Shown here: positions 1-13,690 of the stretch, piece after piece
Layout: each line of letters starts with the position of its first letter
Position numbering within the stretch: position 1 is the first letter of the stretch
Assembly: GCA_046483305.1 (NCBI GenBank)
Contig: JAWODM010000014.1
Location: forward strand, 1-64,000
Length of the DNA: 64,000 nucleotides
Origin: Candidatus Krumholzibacteriales bacterium
GTDB lineage: Bacteria; Krumholzibacteriota; Krumholzibacteriia; Krumholzibacteriales; WJIX01
Direction: 5' to 3'
Notes under the pieces: generated by a model
What the model was told of the DNA's origin: nothing
Seen by the model: only the letters and a program-made list of their open reading frames with translations
The model's database searches: none
Made by a program: the position numbers and the translations under genes

Positions 1-693
1 ATCCTTCTTATGAATTGCTCTGACATTTCTAAGATGTATCTTGAGCTTATTCCTATATGCTTCCGGCAGCATAGTTATTCGGTCTTTAAACCCTTTACCG
101 TCTCGAACTATAATCTGATTTGCCCGAAAATCTATATCCTTTACCCTCAACCTCAAACATTCCATCAACCTCAATCCGGATCCATACATCAACCCGACCA
201 TCAAGAGCTTCTCTCCCGTTAGGTAGTTAAAAATCCTTTTGATCTCTTCTCTTGTTAAAACAATTGGGATGCGTTTCGGTTTCCGGGCACGGATAATATT
301 CCCCAGGTCTCCTAGTTCAATCATAAGAACATGCCGGTAAAGAAACAGGAGTGCGCTTAAAGCCTGGTTTTGAGTTGATGCACTAACATTTCTCTTTACC
401 GCCAGGTAAGTGAGAAACTCATTAATCTCCTCTTCTCCCATATCAGCTGGATGGCGAAGTCCATGGAAATGGACGAATCTTTTTACCCAGGATATATATG
501 TCTTCTCGGTTCTTACACTGTAATGTCTGGATCGGATAGCAGCCTTCATTCGTCCGAGTAGCTTTCCCTTTCCCGATTCTTTCTTGCTGTTTTTCCTGTA
601 TTCCCCTTTATACCCTTTTTCCCTTACAACAAACTCAGAGTTGACGAAACCCAGAATTCCGTTTTCGTTGATATCAGTAATAATTTGAAGCAT
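1..693 (-). CDS. intI: Integron integrase (tyrosine recombinase), 5' portion; runs off the window start
   Basis: Not in the ORF track. Manual minus-strand translation from ATG at 693 (RBS GGAGG upstream) is open to position 1: MLQIITD...KLLGRMKAAIRSRHYSVRTEKTYISWVKRFVHFHGLRHPADMGEEEINEFLTYLAVKRNVSASTQNQALSALLFLY...LMYGSGLRLMECLRLRVKDIDF...VRDGKGFKDRITMLP. This matches the IntI N-terminal SAM-like domain and box I. Confidence 0.92.
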   Translation of the reverse strand, partial: MLQIITDINENGILGFVNSEFVVREKGYKGEYRKNSKKESGKGKLLGRMKAAIRSRHYSVRTEKTYISWVKRFVHFHGLRHPADMGEEEINEFLTYLAVKRNVSASTQNQALSALLFLYRHVLMIELGDLGNIIRARKPKRIPIVLTREEIKRIFNYLTGEKLLMVGLMYGSGLRLMECLRLRVKDIDFRANQIIVRDGKGFKDRITMLPEAYRNKLKIHLRNVRAIHKKD

Positions 694-714
694 ATCTCCT
701 CCCCACTATGCATA

Positions 715-743
715 TTCATACCAGAATAATAAAATGCCGTCAA
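715..743 (-). promoter_or_regulatory. Putative sigma70 promoter of intI
   Basis: Minus strand TTGACG-17 bp-TATGAA, with an extended -10 TG, ending about 20 bp upstream of the intI ATG. Confidence 0.5.
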
Positions 744-963
744 TAATAATCCTGGAAGCTCAAATAAATTATCTACTTAATTCCCTTAAACCATCGGAAA
801 TAGACATGTGGACTCTTTGATGTGGAAAATATTTTACCGCCAACACTGGAGGTCATACTCTATTTTCTGATTACGGAGCCATCCTGTAAATCCGTTAATT
901 TATTCCCAATGACGAAGCCACATTTTTTGCCTGTGCCCTAAAGTATACTCAATCCCCCCCCAC

Positions 964-996
964 AAAAAAAGGCCGCCCAACTTAATGAGCGGCCTT
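964..996 (-). terminator. Rho-independent terminator of the rRNA operon
   Basis: Minus strand AAGGCCGCTCA-TTAAGT-TGGGCGGCC followed by a T7 tract, immediately after 5S. Confidence 0.85.
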
Positions 997-1003
997 CAAT
1001 CAA

Positions 1004-1121
1004 AACCGGCGGCGTCCTACTCTCCAACAGCGTTTCCACTGCAGTACCATCGGCGCTGAAAGGCTTAACTTCCGTGTTCGGAATGGGTACGGGTGTTTCA
1101 CTTTCGCTATCGCCACCGAAA
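1004..1121 (-). rRNA. rrf: 5S rRNA
   Basis: Reverse complement contains CACCCGTACCCATTCCGAACACGGAAGTTAAGC and GATGGTACTGC...GAGAGTAGGACGCCGCCGG. Ends approximate. Confidence 0.97.
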
Positions 1122-1178
1122 AAATCTAAACTTATCAACAGAAACAGGGCAAGCGTAGCAGCATCTTCGTAACTAATT

Positions 1179-4207
<3,029 letters not shown>

Positions 4208-4254
4208 AAATCTTCAGTGCTACAAAGATGCCGTTTCGCTTTACCCTGTTTCTG

Positions 4255-4268
4255 TTTTCAAAGAACAT
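4255..4268 (-). promoter_or_regulatory. BoxA-like antitermination element in the spacer before 23S
   Basis: Minus strand TGTTCTTTGAAAA, between tRNA-Ala and 23S. Confidence 0.55.
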
Positions 4269-4297
4269 TCCGGTATTTACCAGATATCTATCACCAG

Positions 4298-4370
4298 TGG
4301 AGAAGACCGGGTTCGAACCGGCGACCTTCGCCGTGCAAGGGCGACGCTCTCCCAGCTGAGCTACTTCCCC
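4298..4370 (-). tRNA. tRNA-Ala(TGC); CCA not encoded
   Basis: GGGGAAGTAGCTCAGCTGGGAGAGCGTCGCCCTTGCACGGCGAAGGTCGCCGGTTCGAACCCGGTCTTCTCCA, with the G3:U70 identity pair. The next bases are CTG, not CCA. Confidence 0.96.
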
Positions 4371-4394
4371 AATAGCTTCAAAAATTATTCCTCT

Positions 4395-4471
<77 letters not shown>

Positions 4472-4566
4472 AATATATATAATAGAATAGCGTGCAGAAA
4501 CCGTTCATAACATGGTTCGACATTTCCTCCGGTGGAAAAACAAGGTTTCCTCCGGAGGGCTCCTTA

Positions 4567-6124
<1,558 letters not shown>

Positions 6125-6245
6125 AAAAATCCTAAGGACCACCTTATGGTGCTCCTTTTATTCGGTCATTGAATACTCTTTTATCCATAAGGAATATGGA
6201 TTATAGAGCCCACATCATAAACAAGTTCCTGACACGCTATGTCTA

Positions 6246-6393
6246 TTTCAAAGAGCGTATTCCACCTATTGGAATTACCTTCCGAAAAATAAATATACCC
6301 ATCTTTCTCCCTTTTGTCAACCTCAATGATGAATATATTTTATTCTGTAATTCAGGTTCTGTACTATATAAACCTTTAGGGGCATCTTGTCAA
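6246..6393 (-). promoter_or_regulatory. rrn leader: tandem sigma70 promoters plus BoxA
   Basis: Minus strand TTGACA(6393-6388)-17 bp-TATATA and TTGACA(6320-6315)-17 bp-TATATT. BoxA-like CGCTCTTTGAAA at 6257-6246. Confidence 0.7.
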
Positions 6394-6504
6394 ATATTTT
6401 CATCAGAAAAATTCAATTTTATTGAAATATTAAAACAAAATTGTATTTGCGCTCCAGAGGCGGCAGGGTTTAAATTATATCAACAGAGAAATTAAACATA
6501 ACAG

Positions 6505-8607
6505 GTGAAAGATATGGCTGGAAATAAATTCAGATTCACGCTGCTGAAGATAGCGCTGATATGCCTGGTGGTAATAGCAGGCTTTTCCTTTGCGGCGCTC
6601 AAGTGGTTTGCCAGGGACCTTCCCTCCATGGCCCGCCTGGAGATGATCGAACCGGCGCTGAAGACCAGAATCCTGGCAGCCGATTCAACGGTGCTGAAGG
6701 AATACTACACCCAGAACAGGGTGATGCTTCCCCTGGAGAGGATCCCCGGGGTTGTCCAGAAGACTTTTGTGGCGGTGGAGGACCAGAGGTTCTTCAGCCA
6801 TTTCGGGATCGATCTGGTCAGAATCATATCAGCCGCCTGGCAGGATATAAAGAGCTGGAGCCTCAGGGAGGGCGCCAGCACCATCACCCAGCAGCTGTCC
6901 CGGGACCTTTTCCTTACCAAGGAGAGGACCTTCCCAAGGAAGATCAAGGAGGTACTCCTTTCTATCAGGATAGAGAGAACATATACAAAGGAAGAAATCC
7001 TGGGGATGTACCTCAATCAGATATATTTCGGGAGCGGAAGCTACGGAATAGAGGCGGCTTCGAGAAAGCTCTTCGGAGTTCCCGTCGATCAGCTTAAAAT
7101 CCATCAGATAGCCCTGCTGGCCGGGCTGCAGAAGAATCCGGCAGGATACAACCCGTTCACCCACCCCCGAAGGGCTGTAAGAAGAAGGAACACCGTCCTC
7201 AACCTGATGGAGGAGCACGGGATAATAACCGCCGCCGCCCTGGACACCCTTAAAAGCAAATCCCTGAACATCATGAATGAAGAGGACCGGAACCACGAAT
7301 TCGCAGCGTATTTTACCAGGCATATCAAGTCGATACTGGCCGACAAGTTCGGAGACCGGGCGGTTTACCGGGAGGGGCTGACCGTGTACACTACCCTGGA
7401 CCCATATCTGCAGAAAGTAGCGGAAGACAGCCTGGAATCGTTCATGGTCCAGCTGGAGACGGAATCCGGCTACGAGATGACCCGGGCGTCCTACCACGAC
7501 TCGCTGGAAGCGGGGGCAGAGGTAGAACCTGACTATATACAGTCCGCGGCTGTGGCAATCAATCCCAACAACGGGCATATCCTCACCATGGTCGGTGGAA
7601 GAAACTTCGAGGAAAGCAAATGGAACAGGGCCACCCAGGCGAGGAAGCAGCCCGGCTCCGCTTTCAAGCCTTTCACGTACATCACCGCCCTGAAGAGCGG
7701 ATACCGGCCTTCCGATTTCCTGCTGGATTCCCCGCTGGTAGTAGAGATGCCCAACGGAGAGGTGTGGAAACCGAAGAATTTCTCCGAATCGTTTCATGGG
7801 TCGGTTTCGCTGAGAACCGCCCTTAATGAATCGATAAATATCCCGACCATCAAACTCTTGAGGAAGATAGGGCCGCCGGCGGTAGTGGAGGTAGCAAAAA
7901 GCATGGGGATAAAGAGCCCCATTCACCCCTACTACTCTCTCGCCCTGGGCACCGAGGACGTTACCCTGCTGGAACTGACAGCGGCTTACGGCGTACTGGC
8001 GGCTGAGGGGATATATGCGGAGCCGATGTATATCACCAGAGTTGTGGACAGGAACGGAAATGTCCTGGAAGATAACAAGCCCAGAAGAAGAGAGGTCCTG
8101 TCGCCGGAGATAGCTTATCTGGCAACCAATATGCTCCAGAGTGTAATAGACGAGGGAACCGGGAGGAATGCAAGAAAGTACGGCCTGAAGATACCATGCG
8201 CCGGAAAGACCGGCACCACAGACGACTGCGGTAACGGGTGGTTCATAGGTTTCAACCCGGAAATAGCTGTGGGTGTCTGGACGGGGTTCGATGAGAAGAA
8301 GTTCATGGGCAAGAGAAAAACCGGGGCAAGAGTGTCCCTTCCCATCTGGATAGATATCATGAAGGCGGCCTACCCTGACAACCGGGGCCCCGAATTCAAG
8401 AAACCGGCTGATATCGTGGAACTGATGGTATGCGGTGAATCGGGCCTGAGAGCTACCCCCTACTGCGACGAAGTGATAAGAGAAGTCTTTATCAAGGGAA
8501 GTGAGCCGGTCAGGAAATGCGACATCCATAGCGTCAGCAGGTATGACCTGCTCAATACCGACAGAGAGTTCATGGATCTGGAACACGAACTGGAAGATGA
8601 GAATTGA
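6505..8607 (+). CDS. Class A penicillin-binding protein (PBP1A family)
   Basis: N-terminal TM helix. Transglycosylase motifs EDQRFFSHFGID and GASTITQQL; transpeptidase SAFK, SIN and KTGTT; Cys-rich C-terminal tail. Start may be ATG 6514. Confidence 0.95.
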   Translation: MKDMAGNKFRFTLLKIALICLVVIAGFSFAALKWFARDLPSMARLEMIEPALKTRILAADSTVLKEYYTQNRVMLPLERIPGVVQKTFVAVEDQRFFSHFGIDLVRIISAAWQDIKSWSLREGASTITQQLSRDLFLTKERTFPRKIKEVLLSIRIERTYTKEEILGMYLNQIYFGSGSYGIEAASRKLFGVPVDQLKIHQIALLAGLQKNPAGYNPFTHPRRAVRRRNTVLNLMEEHGIITAAALDTLKSKSLNIMNEEDRNHEFAAYFTRHIKSILADKFGDRAVYREGLTVYTTLDPYLQKVAEDSLESFMVQLETESGYEMTRASYHDSLEAGAEVEPDYIQSAAVAINPNNGHILTMVGGRNFEESKWNRATQARKQPGSAFKPFTYITALKSGYRPSDFLLDSPLVVEMPNGEVWKPKNFSESFHGSVSLRTALNESINIPTIKLLRKIGPPAVVEVAKSMGIKSPIHPYYSLALGTEDVTLLELTAAYGVLAAEGIYAEPMYITRVVDRNGNVLEDNKPRRREVLSPEIAYLATNMLQSVIDEGTGRNARKYGLKIPCAGKTGTTDDCGNGWFIGFNPEIAVGVWTGFDEKKFMGKRKTGARVSLPIWIDIMKAAYPDNRGPEFKKPADIVELMVCGESGLRATPYCDEVIREVFIKGSEPVRKCDIHSVSRYDLLNTDREFMDLEHELEDEN

Positions 8608-8629
8608 TGTGGCAAAGGCCTGAACCCGC

Positions 8630-9301
8630 TTAAAAATCCCCTGAATCAAAGTCTTTCATAATAGCAACACCTGAACTGGTTCCAATCCGGTCGGCGCCGG
8701 CGTCTATCAGCTCCATAGCGGCAGCGGCGGTCCTTATACCGGCAGAAGCCTTAACTCCGATTCTGTCTCCCACCGCCTTCCTCATTATCCTGACATCCCG
8801 GGGATTTGCTCCCGGAGGGCCGAAGCCGGTCGAGGTCTTTACAAAATCCGCTCCGGCGTCGATTACCAGCCGGCATGCTTCAGCTTTTTCTTCGTCTGAC
8901 AGAAGGGCCGCCTCAATAATAACCTTAACCAGAACCTGAGGGCCGGCCGCCTTTACCACCCCCGCGATATCCTCCCTGGCAAAATCTCTCTTTCCGGATT
9001 TGAACGCCCCTATATTAAGAACCATGTCGATCTCGTCGGCTCCGTCCTCCACCGCCCGTTCCGTTTCGAATGCCTTCACCGCGCTGTTGACCGCGCCCAG
9101 CGGGAAACCGGCTATCGAGCATACCCGGACCTCAGAACCCTCTACCCGTGACGCAGCCAGCTTCACATAATGGGTATTGACCACCACCGACCAGAAATTA
9201 TACTTCAGCCCTTCCTCGCACAACCTTATCACATCCTGCCCGGTAGCCTCGGGTTTGAGAATGGTGTGATCTATCATTCTGTTAAGTTGAATATTATTCA
9301 T
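8630..9301 (-). CDS. deoC: Deoxyribose-phosphate aldolase
   Basis: IDHTILKP, GFPLG, GADEIDMV, KVIIE, FVKTSTGF, RIGTSSG. Confidence 0.97.
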   Translation of the reverse strand: MNNIQLNRMIDHTILKPEATGQDVIRLCEEGLKYNFWSVVVNTHYVKLAASRVEGSEVRVCSIAGFPLGAVNSAVKAFETERAVEDGADEIDMVLNIGAFKSGKRDFAREDIAGVVKAAGPQVLVKVIIEAALLSDEEKAEACRLVIDAGADFVKTSTGFGPPGANPRDVRIMRKAVGDRIGVKASAGIRTAAAAMELIDAGADRIGTSSGVAIMKDFDSGDF

Positions 9302-9330
9302 CAGCTCCTCATTCCCGCCCGAACCGCGGT

Positions 9331-10506
9331 TCAGGGATTTTCCTTTACGCCGTAAAGGGTCTTCAGAGTGTCTACCTTGCCGCTTTTTATATATACCCTG
9401 ACCACTCTCTTGCTGATTCTGGTCAGAACTTCATAATTCAGAGTGCCGTCCCACTGGGCCACTTCATCCACGCCTATCTGCTTCTCCCCCTGCCTGCCGA
9501 ATATTACAACATCTTCGCCCACCATGGGGTTGTCAAAACCTGTCAGATCTATCATGGTCATATCCATGGTAACCCGCCCGATGATAGGCGCTCTCTGCTG
9601 GCGGAAAAGAACCTCTCCCCGGTTGGAGAGCCGGTGGCAGATACCATGCCCGTAACCGACCGGGATGGTTCCCACCGCGGTTTCCCTCTCCGTGATATAG
9701 GTCCTTCCGTAACTTATACTGGAGCCGGCCGGAAACTTCCTCACCAGAAGAAGCCTGGTCTTGAAACTCATCACCGGAATGATATTGACTTTGTCTTTCA
9801 GCCCCACCGAAGATGTATGGCCGTAAATCGAAAGTCCCGGCCTTATCATGTTGAAATGGGATGAGGGGAAGTTTATTACCGCCGCGCTGTTGGCCGTATG
9901 CAGATATCTGAATGAAATACCCCGCTGAGAAAGCCTCCCCACCAGACCCGTAAACATCCTTATCTGGTCCCTGGTGTAATCTTCATCGCTGTCAGCTGCC
10001 GGAAAATGAGTAAAGATGCCCTCGGCCTCCAGATTTTCCATTGCGCATATCCGCTCAATACTTTCCAGAGCCGAAGGGAAAGCCAGCCCCGCTCTGCCCA
10101 TTCCGGTATCAACCTCGATATGAACCTTGCAGAGCTTTCCCTTTCTCCGGGCAAGTTCCGCGGCTGATTCAGCAAAGCTTACCGTGGAAACGGAAGCAGA
10201 AAGGTCATTATCGATCAGCTTCTCCAGCTCGTCTTCCAGGATGGGGCTCAAAACCAGAACCGGAATCCTTATGCCCGCCTTACGAAGCTGAACCCCTTCG
10301 TCAACGGTTGCCACTCCCAGCATGTCCACACCGCACTCCACCGCGAACCTGGATATCCGGACCGCTCCGTGCCCGTATGCGTCAGCTTTGACTACCAGGA
10401 GTATGCTGACATCTGGCACTCTTTCCCTGATCCATTCAAGATTCCACTTGAAGGCGTCCAGATCGATCTCAACCCAGGTCGGGAAATTATCCATATCAGC
10501 GCACAC
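9331..10506 (-). CDS. alr: Alanine racemase
   Basis: VVKADAYGHG PLP lysine, HIEVDTGMGR, HTANSAA, RPGLSIYG, ISYG, GRVTMD. Start may be ATG 10494. Confidence 0.96.
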   Translation of the reverse strand: MCADMDNFPTWVEIDLDAFKWNLEWIRERVPDVSILLVVKADAYGHGAVRISRFAVECGVDMLGVATVDEGVQLRKAGIRIPVLVLSPILEDELEKLIDNDLSASVSTVSFAESAAELARRKGKLCKVHIEVDTGMGRAGLAFPSALESIERICAMENLEAEGIFTHFPAADSDEDYTRDQIRMFTGLVGRLSQRGISFRYLHTANSAAVINFPSSHFNMIRPGLSIYGHTSSVGLKDKVNIIPVMSFKTRLLLVRKFPAGSSISYGRTYITERETAVGTIPVGYGHGICHRLSNRGEVLFRQQRAPIIGRVTMDMTMIDLTGFDNPMVGEDVVIFGRQGEKQIGVDEVAQWDGTLNYEVLTRISKRVVRVYIKSGKVDTLKTLYGVKENP

Positions 10507-10509
10507 TTT

Positions 10510-11457
10510 CTATTCCATTTCATCATCAAGGTCAGAGTAGAGAAACCTGTCCAGAAATCTCACGTACTCCGTCCACCTGCCGCCCTTTCCGTTGGGCTTG
10601 CTGATGAACTGGAGCGCCCCCCTGACCTGCGCGTCCATATTATCTATATAACTCAGCAGGAGACTCTCCAACGTCATCGGAAGAATCGGCGAACCATGCT
10701 CCAGGCTGCCGTGATGACTGAGGATCATGTGCTTCAGTTTCATGGCCAGGTCGTCCGGAAAATCATCGATCCCCCTGATATACTCGTTAATGAATTCGAC
10801 TCCCAGTGGTATGTGGCCTATCAGCCTTCCCCGGTCTGTATAATCGATGTAACCGCTGGCATCCAGCTCCTGCATCTTGCCCAGATCGTGAATAATCACG
10901 CCGGCCAGCAACAGGTCCCGGTCCACTTCAGAGTATATTTCGGCGACCCTTTGCGCCGTTCCCATCATATCACAGGTATGTTCCGCCAATCCGCCTATAT
11001 ATGAATGATGCCAGCTCTTGGCCGCCGGCGAGGTCAGAAAGCGCTCCCTGAAACTGTCATCTTTGAAAATTGTCTCCAGCAGCTCCCTGATATGCCGGTT
11101 TTCAATCTTTGAAATGACTTCGAGTATCTCGGAATATATACCTTCCAGGTCTCTTCCTGATGAGGGAAGAAACATTGCCGGGTTATAGTCGGCCTTGTCC
11201 AGTTTCTCTATTTCGAATACCTTAAGCTGAAGAGTCCCCTTGTAATCCTGAATTTTACCCTTGATCCTCGCGACATCGCCCTCTTCCAATTTCTCCTTCA
11301 GGCCCTCCGGGGGGTCCCACATTACTCCCTTGAGAATCCCATCCTTGCTGGAAAACTGGAACAGCAGGAATTCCCCTCCCGAGAATTCCCTGGCGACCAG
11401 TTTGGAAACCACCATCACTTCTTCAACATTGTCCCCGACCTGCAATATCCCTAACAT
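10510..11457 (-). CDS. OB-fold + HD-domain protein, YhaM/Cbf1-like 3'-5' exonuclease family
   Basis: N-terminal OB fold, PAAKSWHHSYIGGLAEH, IIHDLGK, LIGHI, ILSHHG, DNMDA. RBS GAGGGG precedes ATG 11457. Confidence 0.88.
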   Translation of the reverse strand: MLGILQVGDNVEEVMVVSKLVAREFSGGEFLLFQFSSKDGILKGVMWDPPEGLKEKLEEGDVARIKGKIQDYKGTLQLKVFEIEKLDKADYNPAMFLPSSGRDLEGIYSEILEVISKIENRHIRELLETIFKDDSFRERFLTSPAAKSWHHSYIGGLAEHTCDMMGTAQRVAEIYSEVDRDLLLAGVIIHDLGKMQELDASGYIDYTDRGRLIGHIPLGVEFINEYIRGIDDFPDDLAMKLKHMILSHHGSLEHGSPILPMTLESLLLSYIDNMDAQVRGALQFISKPNGKGGRWTEYVRFLDRFLYSDLDDEME

Positions 11458-11552
11458 ATACAATCCCCTCATATCTCAAAATAGGTTGTCAATACATAAC
11501 CTACACGACAAACAGCCGCCCGGTCAAGAATTATCGTTACCGGCAGCCGGGA

Positions 11553-11588
11553 AAAAAAGAAAGTGCGGCGATTAAACCGCACTTTCGC
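11553..11588 (-). terminator. Rho-independent terminator
   Basis: Minus strand GAAAGTGCGG-TTTAATCG-CCGCACTTTC followed by a T tract, downstream of 11635..12414. Confidence 0.8.
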
Positions 11589-11634
11589 AAAATCTTAATA
11601 TTCTGAGCAGCAAAATGCCACTTATATATCTAAT

Positions 11635-12414
11635 CTACTGCAGCGGTATGGTCTTCCCGCCGAATTCAACATAATGAAGGGTTACCTTGCCGGCAATGTC
11701 ATTCGCCCGGCGGTAATTACGGGTCGAGGTAGAAGGCCTGGAACCGAATTCAACGCCGCCCTTGAAATAGAACCCTTCGTTTATTAAAGCCTTAAGCAGG
11801 AGTTCAGCATGATCGCCAAGGTTTTCCACAATAAAACTGACATTCTCAAGATTAAGCAGGTAAGTCATTTCAGGCTCCCCGTCATACCTTGTTTCCTCAT
11901 AGGTTACCGTGGCCTGAGGAATCTTGAATTTAGTCTCGATGATTTCGCTGGTAGTCCGGGTGCTGTAGTCCAGCCCGCTGAGAGCGATATCTTCGAATAC
12001 GCTCTTGTCAAAACCTTCTTTGGTTACCTTGGGAAGAATGCCTGTGCCGGAAGGTTCGACGAATGTCGTATCCTGTCCCTGCAGGATCCAGTCAACCTGG
12101 TAATGAACCATGGGATTGAATTTCTTGGTGACCCCGATAATATAATTTCCACCGAGCCCCTTGACCTTTTCCGACAATCCCCGTCCGGTAAAGAATTCAA
12201 GAAGGTTATCTTCTCTCGCTATCGCGATATCATCTTCAGCTACCACGATTTCGGGTGACTCGAAACTGAATTTGAATCCGGGGCTTGGAATGCCTTCAAA
12301 ATTAGCTTCCCTGATGGTTGACCTGGTGTATGTCTCCTCAAGTTCTCCGCCGCAACCGGAGATCAGACCGGCTACCAGAAAAACTGCCAGAAGAGAGTAT
12401 ACTACTTTCATCAT
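11635..12414 (-). CDS. Hypothetical lipoprotein
   Basis: Signal peptide with lipobox LISG-C and RBS AAGGAG. No family recognised. Confidence 0.75.
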   Translation of the reverse strand: MMKVVYSLLAVFLVAGLISGCGGELEETYTRSTIREANFEGIPSPGFKFSFESPEIVVAEDDIAIAREDNLLEFFTGRGLSEKVKGLGGNYIIGVTKKFNPMVHYQVDWILQGQDTTFVEPSGTGILPKVTKEGFDKSVFEDIALSGLDYSTRTTSEIIETKFKIPQATVTYEETRYDGEPEMTYLLNLENVSFIVENLGDHAELLLKALINEGFYFKGGVEFGSRPSTSTRNYRRANDIAGKVTLHYVEFGGKTIPLQ

Positions 12415-12594
12415 CTGGTTCTCCTTTTCCCAATTAAATGATTTCTCTCATCCGTATTATATTCCTACCTGCCTTTACTTATACTAACTTGCAAGCTAAT
12501 ATTCTTTTAGAGTAATGTCAATAATAAACTTGAGTTTGTACCACAGCAGCGATAACTCTTTGACAATCGGCATCATATAACCGCCTGGATATTA

Positions 12595-13566
12595 TCAGTA
12601 CCCTCTGACTTTCTTCCTGGCCTCCTTATCCGTCAATTCTATCCCGTAACTGTCGAACAGCTGCCTGACCCCGGAATGGATTTCGATATCACCGCTCAGC
12701 GGAATCAGCTTAACCGTTGACTGCTCCAATTCGCCATTTCTGTCAATCAGGCAGTTAAGCCTTCCCATATACTTGCCCTGCCCTCCGGCACCCAGAAGAA
12801 CGGTTTTGCCCACGGTAACTACTTTATCCAGTTTCGGCCTTTCATGACCGAGGACGGCAACATTGAAGGCATCCACGCTGCCAAGAAGCTTTTTGGCGTC
12901 CTCTATTCCCATATGGCATATCAGAACAAGAAGGTCAGCTTCTTCCCGCATCCGTGGAACCACTTTCCGGAGAGCTTCCTCTTCAGGCTCCAGCCGGAAA
13001 CCGGAATTGTCAATATATCCGGGGAATACTATGCCGTCATCCAGCACTCCGGTAATGGCTACTTTCAAACCGGTATCCATCTCCCGGACCACATATACCG
13101 GACTGAAGACCGGCTGGCCGTCTGAACTGTTCACCAGATTGGCCGCTATGAAATCAAATGAGTAAGTGGATTGTATCCCTTTTAAATAATCAAGCCCGAA
13201 GACGAATTCATACTCCCCTGGAGTGTAGAGGTCCAGCCCCATGAACTGGAAACTTTCCATTACCAGGTCAGCCATATCCCTGGTAAACGAGAAATCTGAG
13301 CTGAAGTTGTCCCCGCTGGTTACATATATGGTATTGCCCGGTTCGGCTTTTACTCCCTTTACATAAGTGGCCATTCTTCCCAATCCGCCCATATCCTGCT
13401 CGGCGCACCCGCAGGATCTTATATTCCCGCGCAGATCGCTGCTGAATATCAGGCTTATCTCGGTGGCGCCCTTAAACTCCTTTCCATTTTCACCTGAACA
13501 TGAAATCAGGGCCAGGCCCATAAAAACAAGAATAACGGGATAGAGAAAAGTTCCAGTGTTTCGCAT
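12595..13566 (-). CDS. Lipoprotein with UshA/5'-nucleotidase-like metallophosphoesterase N-terminal domain and CxC motif
   Basis: Lipobox LIS-C. SSDLRGNIRSCGC...GGLGRMAT, SGDNF, PGEYEF, FIAANL, ICHMG, LGH, GKYMGRL. No C-terminal nucleotidase domain. Confidence 0.8.
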   Translation of the reverse strand: MRNTGTFLYPVILVFMGLALISCSGENGKEFKGATEISLIFSSDLRGNIRSCGCAEQDMGGLGRMATYVKGVKAEPGNTIYVTSGDNFSSDFSFTRDMADLVMESFQFMGLDLYTPGEYEFVFGLDYLKGIQSTYSFDFIAANLVNSSDGQPVFSPVYVVREMDTGLKVAITGVLDDGIVFPGYIDNSGFRLEPEEEALRKVVPRMREEADLLVLICHMGIEDAKKLLGSVDAFNVAVLGHERPKLDKVVTVGKTVLLGAGGQGKYMGRLNCLIDRNGELEQSTVKLIPLSGDIEIHSGVRQLFDSYGIELTDKEARKKVRGY

Positions 13567-13690
13567 CGCTTCACCTCAGCCGGTTGAGGACTCAATCCGG
13601 AAAGCTCTTCCGGAGTATTATCATTTGATTTTGACTTCTTTGATCAATATATAATGAACAGAGAATAAATGCCATAACAAGGATTAAGAA

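Noticed and set aside
10..222. 70-aa plus-strand ORF
   Set aside because: Antisense shadow of the integron integrase on the minus strand.
700..725. Possible LexA (SOS) box at the intI promoter
   Set aside because: CTGGTATGAATATGCATAG does not fit CTG-N10-CAG spacing, and this lineage's LexA motif is unknown to me.
693..960. attI/attC site or gene cassette upstream of intI
   Set aside because: Only an isolated GTTAATT near 894. No paired R/L boxes or cassette ORF could be supported.
6829..8649. 606-aa minus-strand ORF
   Set aside because: Antisense to the well-supported PBP1A; a codon-bias shadow with no motifs.
13390..13420. Selenocysteine recoding in the UshA-like gene
   Set aside because: Both motif codons are TGC and there is no in-frame TGA.
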